Positions 54,033-64,000 of a DNA stretch of 64,000 bases are shown here, one piece after another (position 1 is the first letter of the stretch; every line of letters begins with the position of its first letter). The position numbers were made by a program, and so were the translations under genes. Source of the DNA: Lingula anatina (taxonomy: Eukaryota; Animalia; Brachiopoda); contig CM120642.1 of the NCBI GenBank assembly GCA_051362555.1, positions 3,906,001-3,970,000 of the forward strand. The letters run 5' to 3'. The notes below the pieces were generated by a model. The model worked only from the letters and a program-made list of their open reading frames with translations, was not told where the DNA came from and did no database searches.

Positions 54033-57000
54033 CTGTAGCCAGCAGAGTCAGTCAAACTCTTTCTCTAACAGATATAATAGACACTGGATGCCCAATGTGA
54101 AATGGCTAAAAAAAAGACTGATGCCACCAAGGGTAAAATGTTCTTCAGCACCAATGAAATTTACATCCAATTTTTTATTAAAAAAAATTCTGTAATGCTG
54201 CTGCACTTTAAAAATATAATAGGGATTGAATATAATTTACCATTTGAAGCTGCATGCTCAGAAAAATATTTTAAATATATAGACAAAACTGTAAATCAAT
54301 ATATAAAGAGATACTGCTCACAACTTCTTTTCTATTTTGATTGATTAACAGGTGTAAACAACTATCAAATTGTGTCAAAAGTCCATTCAGACAAATGTGG
54401 ATACATTTCAATCTCTCATCCTCACAAAAATATAAGGAGTAAATTATGAATTAAATGTAACTCTTTTTCATTATTCCTTTTAGCCCTTTGATAGCTTCAG
54501 GGGAAAATGAAAAAAATCTCCCCATTCATGAGATCAATAGGCCAATCAATTTTTACGCCTTTTTGCGGAATATTTCAATATGTTTGAAACCTCCTGACAC
54601 GAGACGTCTGCCTTTCACGGTAAACCAATACTAATTATATTCTGCAGATAAACACAGTGTGACTTTGTCATCTTATATCTATAAGATGATGCTTAAATCT
54701 GATCAAATCTAATAAAATGCAACAAAAAACTGATATTATTACCATCAAGCATGTGCTTAATAACATAATTTCAAATCAGTAATAGTATCTTTAATTTGAC
54801 ACAATAACTTTGTGATGTAATAATTTACAGCATTAAGAGAATACACAACTAATGTCAGTTAATATTATTGCTATGATGATATAAACATTTTATCAAATTA
54901 TATAAAAACCAATAAAGAGCAAATCCCTGTGAAGCACTTATCATATTTACAATATACTGATATTTTTAAATAAAAAAATTATTTTCAACAATATATTATT
55001 ATAAATAACACAACTAAGAATATCAAATCATTCTGTTATGACAAGATGGTTGCAAATACCCAGTAATTTGTATCACATGTTAAAGCAAGATAAGCTTTTC
55101 TGCATTAGATTATTAATAACCCTTTCTACCCTAGTTGAAAACAGTTATGTTTACATGAAAATATAGGGCAAACCTTTTCAAAAATATCTTTTATATTAAC
55201 CAGAAAGCTAAAAAAAACAACACATTATTCACTTTCTACAACCCAAAGATGGTGACATGTAGTCCCCAGTAAAGTAATGAATTATGCCTCCCATATAACG
55301 AACAATACAAGTTCATTTTCCCTGTAAATACATCAAGCTACCCAGTGTTAATAAGGGGCAAGGGCATATTGTTATTGCTAATTTCAAGTGCAAAAGGCAC
55401 AAATTATGAGCCATATCAGACATGACCTGATATTATATATTTTGTCATATTTGTAATTTTCACTCTAAAAATTACAATTTGCCCCCTCAAACTCATTTAC
55501 TGGCTCATTTTAACTTGGCCCATTGAAAATTATTACCTAAATAATTAATGTAAAAAAAGAAAGATATTTAACTCAACTTTCAACATTTCAACTTGAAATA
55601 TTGATCATTTATGAAAAGTTGTTTTCCTTTTAACTTAATTTCCCCAATGAAAGCCAACTGAAGCAATGAATTTTCACAGTAAACATTCAGTGAGAAGAAG
55701 AAATGCATGTTTTTTGTTTCACAAAAAATCTTCATGAAATCATGGAAAATCAAATAAGGTCAGGGTCAAGGGTCACAGAAGGTTAAAAGACATGTCAAGG
55801 TCATTTAGATCATGGATTTATAGATGGACTCTAAAGTGTTGTTTCACTTTAGTTTATCCCGTCATCTTCCAAGTCTTTCAAGTACTGGCAAATGTCTAAC
55901 TACATGTATGCAGTTTAACCATACACTGTAGTCCAATAAACCTTGATATTTTTAAGTCAAAGTCACTCAATTGTAATCAAAAGATCTGTCATGCAATAAA
56001 TTTGTAATGTATATCTTCAAAATGAACAAAAGCTGTTTTCAAAAATGCCACTGAAATATTAGCAAACAGTTCAAAACATACACATGCCATTTGCCGTAAT
56101 CCTTCCTTGAAAAATTCACTAATGTAGCAAGGGAACAAGAATAAATCTATTATTGCAAACATTCTCAGGTTGCTCAGAGGCCCAGTGACTATATAGGATT
56201 GTGGAAATCACAGTGTCAGTACCAGTGGGAGCCAGCCAAATCTATCCACACCATTAACTCAATGGCGCGACTATATTCAATATTTAGTGATAAATGGCTT
56301 TGTAAAACCACAGTTATTAGACAACGAATTCAGCCAAGATGGATGAGAGTTGTACGGAGAAATTTATTGTGTGAGAGTATAATTTCATACCGATATTGTT
56401 GGACAGAAAATAAATGGGGGGTGGGGGGTGGGGGTGGGGGGCACACTCAGCATATTTCCTCTCAGCATTTTTCCTGGAAAAAAAACAAAAAAAGGTCTAT
56501 TGTACCATGTGTGCCAACACTCCCCCCCCCCCCCCCCCCCCCCCAAGCAAAAACCTGGATTTCTCGTGCTGTGATAGCATCAACAAAGCTAGATCCACTT
56601 CCATTACAGAAAAAAAAATTAACAAGTAATGAAGACATGTTTAAATAAGCTTAAAGCACCTTAATGCTTAGTTGCCGGAGGTGAAAAATATACTTTAAAA
56701 TTATTGATAAACTATATGACTTAGAATCATTGAACAGAAGTACAGATTACAAAAAAAAAGTCATGCATCTATTAGCTTCTTTAAATTTCTTTAAATCATG
56801 TTTCAACTATATAATCTACTGCTACACCATCTTTTAAGTGCAAAACAGGAAGATGATGGGGAGGGGGGGGGGGGGGGAGGGGGGAGGGGTACATGTTAGG
56901 AGAGGTGGTTTGCCTGCACTGAACTCTAACTACACAATCTATTTGGGGCAACAACACCTTCACATGCACCATAATCCCTAACTTAATAATATGCACCCAA

Positions 57001-58537
57001 AATACATCAAATGACAATGCACTGTCTACGTTACATTGGAAAATTAGCATTGATTTTTAAGTCTCATATAATTATTTGAGCCTCTGAGGACACCTTTTCT
57101 CGAATAAAAATCTCGCAGGAGTTGGATGTTATTCATACAAGAGAAACTATAATTAGCCATCTTCCAAATAAGTAACTTTATCAATGTGAATAACATTATT
57201 AATGTAAGAACTTATGACATACACTAAATTAATTTTATTCACAGATATGGCACATCCAAGCAAGAAAGGCACGTAATCTTATTTTTTGGCATATCCTACA
57301 AATTATAAAACAATGTCAAGGGAGAATTCTGTCCTTTTGCTGCTCAGGGATACATATGTACCAGTATCAGCTATGCTGCCATATGTTTCCTTCATGGTGC
57401 TACAGCTATGTGCTGTCATTCTGTTGCTAATTACAGTCAGGGTGCTACTGCGTCATGTTTTGACCTTATCATGGTGTAACTCCATTGTAGTGATCTTCTG
57501 TTTTGATTGATATAATATCATGAAACTGTAACACCATGACAGCACCATGACCACCCATGACAGAAAATTAAAGAAGCATGACCACCATGACAGAGGACCA
57601 ATGATAGCATATGGCACCATGAAAAAGTGCCACCACAACATGACATCATTTCAGGGAAACACCATCATAGTGTAGAACCACAGCTGAGTGGGCACTTAAA
57701 TTGTTACAGCATCATGACAGAGTGTGTAGCACCATTTGGCAACAAGACCAGGACCATATCTGAGAAAGACAAATTTAGACATATAGAATGGCACTATGAC
57801 AAAGCATGACAAAGTATGGCAGCTTGATAATCATGAAAACAATGAAAATTATCATATGGCAACAAGAAATATAAACAGGTCCATGACAACAGAGCACTCT
57901 GAAAAAGTTTATCCATGGCAGCATTACACCATGACAGTTTCACAACAACATTGGACCCATGACAAAAAACAACAGATAGGATAATACTTAATTAAGTCCT
58001 AGACAAATTACATTAATATTATGAAATAACAAGACTCAAGTGTAAGGACAAGACTGAAAGCACTATGTTACATGATAACTATATATGACGGGATATTGTA
58101 AATGGGTAATACCATATCACACAGATACACAACTTATAGAAAAACATACGTGCAAAAAACCAATTAGTCGCAAATGTGCTGCATGAACATGAACAGATAT
58201 GGCACTGCCTGGTTCTTATGGTTAAACATGATAAGGCATTAAGTAATAAGTTTAAGACTACTTAATTTCATGAAAGTAATATGCTTGGTATTGACATTAT
58301 TCTATTCTAAAGTCACATTTGGCTGTAACAATTAGGTTCAAGTCTGGCTGTCTGCTTTAATAAACCGCTATCACTGTGACAGAGATCTGTGCAAACTCAT
58401 GATGCCAGTGGGTCTCTGACTTTACAGACAGCATGCAAGAGGAGCTCAATGATAAAGCACATATTTCAAAAATCTAATTACTTGCTATGTTTGTTTGTTT
58501 AAGAAGAGTAATTGCTGCATATACTCCCCTGGGGCCT

Positions 58538-58569
<32 letters not shown>

Positions 58570-59070
58570 CTGTGTGATCACCAGTATTGTATATTGGTCT
58601 GAAACATTATCCACATCGCTCTTGTTATCAAACAGATTCAATATTTCATTTAATTGGAAGTAATATCAATTTAATCATTGAGGTTCAGTGAAAGTGGGCA
58701 CAAATTCTTGTCTGAAAGTTTAGGCCAGTTATCCGGCTATACCTCTTTTTAGAAACCATAGATAATTAAAGCCTGCAAATTATTGCCTTTGTCTATGAGG
58801 GCAACAGATGATCCTCTGATCTACTGATCCAGCCAGATCAAATATGGCTGATCTTTAATGAAAGAAGAGCCAGGTCCACCTTGTAGAAATCTAGCAATTC
58901 AACCTAGGAGCCATGATTTCTTCTATTTAATGGCGCCTGCAGAGGTGGGGAGACCATCAGCGGATTAGTCGGCTCTTCTTTCATGTGGGGTAAACACTTT
59001 TTGATCCACGGATCAGTATACCCAAGGATCATCTGCTGTGAATGTCCTCAATGTGTATGCATGCAGTGAT

Positions 59071-59112
<42 letters not shown>

Positions 59113-59505
59113 CACAACTATGACGACATACTCTACGTGTAAATGTATCTGTGCCTATAGCCCTGGCAACACCTAGCTGATAGATGAGATTCTGTCTGGA
59201 ATCAATATGGTATGTTCAATTAACAGTCACGCTCCAGGCAGCAGCAGTGTAGAACACTCCTGGCAAGTGTGCTGATGTATGGCTAATGGCTTATTTCATG
59301 CTAGGGGCCCTCTGAGAAATCCACAAACTGTTTTGGCATTAGACTCACGGATTTTTTTCACTTTTTGTTTCTTTTTTTTTTATGCTGTCTTATATTGACC
59401 CTCCCTTTCTCTCTTCTTTGTCACGCAAAGCAATGGTCTTGCTATAAGTGTTAAATACAGCCCATACAATCAAGATTCCCTAAAAATGTTTGTTTCTTTT
59501 AACAT

Positions 59506-59553
<48 letters not shown>

Positions 59554-59571
59554 AAAATAAAATGGCCCTTA

Positions 59572-59722
59572 GCTGTAGCCAGCAATGTCAAAGGAGAGGG
59601 GTCTCTTCCCCTGAAAAAGTGGACCTTTTCACCTATCATCATAGTAGAATAGAACCTAACTAAATCAAATTTTGATTCAAAAGCAGGATCTTTTATGGTA
59701 AAAAGGCAGTTTATTAGAACCC
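59572..59722 (+). mobile_element. Degenerate family A MITE
   Basis: GTAGCCAGCAATGTCAAAGGAG..CTGAAAAAGTGGACCTTTTC. Confidence 0.65.
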
Positions 59723-60355
59723 TAGGCTGCTGTTAAGTAGAACTGCAAATTTGAAGAAAAACATTTTAAAGCTTAATTAATTGCACCCAGCCGGCCTTCC
59801 TTGCCCCCCCCCCCCCCCCCCACTTGCAGCACATCAGAACTCTAGGTAGACCCATACTCATCTTAATTGAAGTTTAGATGGAGCCACATGCACCAGAAGT
59901 CTCACACTACACCACAAGTCAAATGCTATAATTTACTTACTCAAAATATAATAACAATAACTATCTTTTGAAACTGTGAAACATGGATGATTCTGTCTAC
60001 AGCAAGTAGTACCAAAACTTTTTAATGCAAAAATATATCAATAATAATTAATATAAAATACATTAAATATAATTCCTAATAATAAAAATAAAAAGTGATA
60101 TGGACAATTTCAATTTGCAAATTTATATACATATATGCCTACCACTGCTGTTCTACTTACAATATGTCTGAAGTAAGTTATTTTTATGCATTATATTTTT
60201 CCTGAATTTTCCAATTATTCTTACTTTCAGATTATATCAACACTTAATTAGTCAATTGCCATGCTTCGTCAATTGTACAGATAAATAGATGGTCATAGCT
60301 GATGCACTATCACAATTCATTGACCCCTGGGCATACAGTGCTGCCTTTCACTTAC

Positions 60356-60379
60356 CTAGGGGAATCGCCTTTGTTACAG
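60356..60379 (-). other. Candidate 24-nt microexon
   Basis: ctcaatatg-T-run-aag|CTGTAACAAAGGCGATTCCCCTAG|gtaagt; open in phases 1 and 2. Confidence 0.35.
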
Positions 60380-61789
60380 CTTAAAAAAAAACATATTGAG
60401 ATTATGACAGTTTCTATTAGAAAATCTATACTTTGGTGTTGCTTTGATAATGGCAAATGGACTTGAATTACATGCTGACAGCAAAAAACAATAATGTAGC
60501 AAAACTGGTAAAAAGTACTCCCATTGAGTTTGTTAGTATTGAAGATATTGAATTCAAGGCAAAAGTATACCGGTACTTTTGTAAAGTCTGTACATTCGTC
60601 AGTCTGTCTGTCGGCTGCTGTCAGTGTGACTGTTTGTCTATTTGTCCAAGACATACATGTAGATAACCAAAACATAAATATATTATATTTATCTTTCTAT
60701 TTTCTTCCAAATCCCACCAAAGAGCAGTAATTTGGAGTAATAAGATTGCACTGAACCTGCTGGTTGTGAAAATCCTGCAATCACATTAAGCAGTAGAATA
60801 TGCCTTCCACTTGTGAATTATAGAACACCTAGCACAATCTGCAACCTTTAATTGTATTTCTGAATATCAGTTAAGTCTTTAGGGTTCACCAACATCAGCA
60901 ATAGAAAGAACTTCCACTTATGTACTATCACATATCCGTTGGATAAAGTTGATATCCTAAGAATAGCTCTCCAGAGGATAACAATTTTATCATGGATAGC
61001 ATGTGTTATCTATGGGAAAGTGGTTGTGTTCTCGAGTTCCGACGAAACTGGGTCGAGATGTAAAATGTTCAATTTCAAAACTTTATTGTGACAGTGCCAA
61101 AATATTTATATTTAAATATATTTCCCCTGCACCTTTCAGTTCACATCAACATATACATAGTATAATTGTCAATTATGAATTCTAAAAATGAGAAAAAAAT
61201 TTTAAAAACACCTGCTGATGTAACCAGAATTGTGCTGTTTTATCTTAGCCATGCATCTAGATGACTTCCTTCCTGTTCTACAGGTATATACTAGTGCTTT
61301 TCATTCATCAGATCACATTTTTTCAGACTGTTGACAAAATGGAAATACAGTGCAGTGATTTGATTTGATGCTTCACTGTTCCCTATATAAAGGCTTGTAT
61401 ACTGGTAAATCTACAAAACAAAAATCAAATTGAGTCTGATAAACAAAGCAGAGAAAATATTCAGGAAGGAATTAACATGCAAAGCTGCCTAGGTGTGACT
61501 GCCGCCCCACATATTTCATATAAATCTAGAAATTACTTTACACTTTATAAACTTAATAAAAACGAACTTCATGTCTCAATATCAATTCACCTTTTATACC
61601 TTCAAGAGTCACACACTTCAATAACTCAAGAGTAAATTACTAGCATAAAAACCTAACAACAACACGTAATGAAGAAATATTGAACCATGGATGAATGAGT
61701 CTGTTGTAATTGTTTGACCATTAACTGAAATTGAATCATTTATATCACATAAAGGTAGATTTGTTCCTGGCAGTAGTAAGAGGGCACTT

Positions 61790-61895
61790 TGGCGTAACAA
61801 AGAAAATGACGTTAAATGACGTAAAACCCTTTGTTTTAATGACGTAACAGGACAAAGAAAAATTATAGGGTACAATGGGACATGACGTAACAAGT
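61790..61895. promoter_or_regulatory. Cluster of ATF/CRE-type sites next to the terminus
   Basis: TGACGT at 61807, 61817, 61840 and 61883, mostly in the form ATGACGTAA. Confidence 0.65.
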
Positions 61896-61904
61896 AAACA
61901 AATA

Positions 61905-62228
61905 TGTTTACGTGTCTCCATGGTAATTTGATGACGTCACTGGATTGTTTACGCGTCGCTATGGCGATTTGATGACGAGTCTGGGCATGTCTCTTGATTG
62001 TTTACGGGTCGCCTTGGTAATTTGATGACGTCACGGGATTGTTTATGCGTCGCTATGGCGATTTGATGACGAGTCTGGGCATGTCTCTTGACTGTTTACG
62101 GGTCACCATGGTAATTTGATGACGTCAATGGATTGTTTACGCGTCGCTATGGCGATTTGATGACGTATATGGACATGTTTATTGATTGTTTATGTTTTGC
62201 CGTGGTAACTTGATGACGTCACTAGATT
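61905..62228 (+). repeat. 94-bp-period (41+53 bp) tandem array, 3.5 copies, enhancer-like
   Basis: A units start at 61905, 61999, 62093 and 62187; perfect TGACGTCA at 61932, 62026, 62120 and 62214. Confidence 0.95.
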
Positions 62229-62229
62229 C

Positions 62230-62237
62230 TATAAAAG
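62230..62237 (+). promoter_or_regulatory. TATA box of ORF1
   Basis: TATAAAAG 8 bp after the last CRE; TCAGT initiator-like motif at 62265; ATG at 62311. Confidence 0.7.
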
Positions 62238-62310
62238 CAGAAGAGAAAGAGCTATTTGACTATATCAGTATAAATCCTGACATAAAGTGTACGTACGTTC
62301 CACCAGCATA

Positions 62311-63172
62311 ATGTCTCGATTCTTCAAACTCAGTGATGATATCATGGTCACTGTATGTCAGAGCAAGCAAGGGGTTGCTTTGATTGTATTCAGCGAATTG
62401 AATACAATGAACAAGATTCGGCTGTTGAGAGAGGCATGGCAAGATTTCCAACAGATTGTCCCCGTTGTTCAAGCTGCTATGACAGAGGACACTGAAATAG
62501 ACCAGCAGGTGGGAGAAAACCATGGCGTCCGGGTGATGTACGACATCGAGAAGGAGGAATCGCTGTTGAAGATAGTTTACCAACCAGTAAGTCAGGCTTA
62601 TGCTCCAATATACGATGTAACACTTGATAAAAGCACATGGGAGGCACTGCTGACCAAAGTACCTGAAATAAACGAGGCCTTGGGCGTAATCCCTCTGACA
62701 TCGACCAGTGCCGAGTCCAAAACGGGCGACGATAAAATGTTCGGGGCAGAGAACGACGTAGAGGCAGACGTAGCGTTAGTTCGTCTCATCTACGTGAAGT
62801 TCATTGTGAAAGAATTACTGGCCATGCGAGGAAGGTTCTGCACTGGATGTATAGCCGATCACGGATCCCAAAAGCATCATATGGATGGATGGATGCATGG
62901 CAGACTGGGCGGTTTCGGTGCACATCTACTTCACCAGGGCAAAAGCTGCTGTGAGCCACGGGGAAATACTGAAGGCCTACAAACTGGTGAAGCAAAAATT
63001 GAATCAACCAGAAAACCCGTACATCCTTTCCATCATCATGACCGCTGCGTTGCTGGAAGATTTTCGTAAAGACGTGGAAGATCCAAACCATGTGTTAGTC
63101 CCTGACACTATCCTCGCAAGACTTGCTTACGATGCGTGTGAGACTGTCTGTGTCAAACGAAACCCACAATGA
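62311..63172 (+). pseudogene. Frameshifted gene: tandem PC4-like domains plus C-x2-C-x3-H-x-SQ-x2-H-x3-C motif (285 aa if repaired)
   Basis: Joins track ORFs 62287..63069 and 62885..63172. Removing one ATGG from (ATGG)3 at 62881-62892 gives FCTGCIADHGSQKHHMDGCMADW. Residues ~4-57 and ~64-124 each follow the PC4 pattern by eye. Confidence 0.7.
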
Positions 63173-63270
63173 ACACTGAACAGTAAAAGACAATTGGCAT
63201 TGTGGATGTGAATGAAAATTAAGAAATGCATTAAGACAATGTATGTAAATATGTATAACAGAAAAAGACA

Positions 63271-63394
63271 TTTGATTGGATAAAGTAATTGTATCAAATA
63301 TAATAAGAAGAAGTTTGATTGGTTGAAATAACTGTATAAAAATATTAGAACTAGTTTGATTGGTTGAAATATTAGACACATTAACTATAAAAAG
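63271..63394 (+). promoter_or_regulatory. Promoter of the BIR gene: three inverted CCAAT boxes plus TATA
   Basis: TTTGATTGG at 63271, 63314 and 63355; 19-bp direct repeat AGTTTGATTGGTTGAAATA at 63312 and 63353; TATAAAAAG at 63386. Confidence 0.7.
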
Positions 63395-63449
63395 AGCAAA
63401 TAAAATAATGTGATTGCAGACTTTTTTTTATATTATTTGATTATCTGGT

Positions 63450-63923
63450 ATGGATGATGGACATCTAGAATCGGATGCAGGAGTGGGGGAAAAGCTAAAT
63501 GGGCCGAGCATGCCTTATGCAAAAGAAGAAGATCGAATACTGAGCTTTCTCAATTGGCCCTGCAAATTACTGGTCAATCCAATACCCTTAGCCATTAGCG
63601 GATTTTACAGAGATCCTCGAACGCCTAAACATAACGATATGGTACATTGTTTTTATTGTAATTTAAACCTAAAGAATTGGGATCCACTGAGAGATGCGGC
63701 AGATGTCGAACACGAACGTCACTCACCTCACTGCACTATGAATACCGTCGAAAAGAGACTGAATAATCGTTTTAACGTTCCACTTACACCGCAAAAACGC
63801 CTTAAATTCGTTGATAATTTTGTCGTGGGTCATACAACCCCCGCTGTACGTACCCCGAGTACCGTGATGACACTACTCAATACCCCTTACGATGAGGTTG
63901 ATGACAACTATAAGTATCCGTAG
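63450..63923 (+). CDS. Single-BIR inhibitor-of-apoptosis (IAP)-like protein, 157 aa, intronless, no RING
   Basis: EDRILSFLNWP..LAISGFY..DMVHCFYC..LKNW..EHERHSPHC matches the BIR signature; zinc ligands C67, C70, H88, C95. Confidence 0.92.
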   Translation: MDDGHLESDAGVGEKLNGPSMPYAKEEDRILSFLNWPCKLLVNPIPLAISGFYRDPRTPKHNDMVHCFYCNLNLKNWDPLRDAADVEHERHSPHCTMNTVEKRLNNRFNVPLTPQKRLKFVDNFVVGHTTPAVRTPSTVMTLLNTPYDEVDDNYKYP

Positions 63924-64000
63924 GAATCGAAAAAACATTTAGTTATCGATTGAGACAAGGGATGTATAAGAAAGGGTTACGCGATTCCAAAAAATTAATG

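Larger units (their letters stand above)
61772..64000 (+). mobile_element. Left end of a Polinton/Maverick (adintovirus-like) endogenous element, continuing beyond the window
   Basis: Starts with AGTAGT exactly where CpG density jumps; subterminal tandem repeats; compact intronless TATA-driven ORFs including a BIR protein. Core genes and the right TIR are not visible. Predicted 6-bp TSD is CCTGGC (61766-61771). Confidence 0.7.

Noticed and set aside
56199-56648. 149-aa ORF with poly-Gly/Pro/Lys
   Set aside because: Driven by homopolymer runs, with a non-ATG start.
57330-57990. ACCATGAC-rich stretch with several short ORFs
   Set aside because: A decayed low-complexity repeat with no definable unit or protein signal.
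61618-61893. 91-aa minus-strand ORF
   Set aside because: It crosses the inferred element boundary and consists of CRE repeats plus host DNA.
61905-62228. Array interpreted as CRISPR or as a baculovirus hr
   Set aside because: No unique spacers and no long hr-type palindrome core; the position next to an AGTAGT terminus fits a TIR or subterminal repeat better.
62893-63069. C-terminus of the 260-aa track ORF (WMHGRLGG..)
   Set aside because: Out-of-frame read-through after the ATGG slippage; the alternative frame completes the Cys/His motif.
62260-63381. Minus-strand ORFs overlapping ORF1 and the intergenic region
   Set aside because: Antisense shadows with no motifs or promoter.
63943-64000. 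Possible next gene: plus-strand ATG at 63962, or a convergent ORF ending at 63943
   Set aside because: Fewer than 20 codons are visible; it cannot be decided within this window.

Overview
This is AT-rich, strongly CpG-depleted animal genomic DNA, probably from an invertebrate bilaterian; the species cannot be determined. Bases 1 to about 61770 contain no recognisable protein-coding ORF. They consist of micro/minisatellites, several MITE families, a clean X-Y-X-Z-Y local duplication (11.8-13.6 kb) and scattered minus-strand splice signals. Those signals (short exon candidates, a textbook AG|GTAAG recursive-splice-like site) suggest the window lies within long introns of a minus-strand host gene, which is unproven. 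At 61772 the composition switches abruptly to CpG-rich sequence beginning with AGTAGT, the typical terminus of Polinton/Maverick (adintovirus-like) elements. The putative left end carries a 94-bp-period array of Forkhead/RFX/CRE modules with p53-type sites. It is followed by two intronless TATA-driven genes: a tandem PC4-like protein with a Cys/His motif, broken by a 4-bp slippage frameshift, and a single-BIR (IAP) protein. The element runs off the window, so none of its core genes (pPolB, integrase, capsid) is visible and the class assignment rests on terminus, composition and gene style. All protein assignments are by-eye motif matches, not database results.
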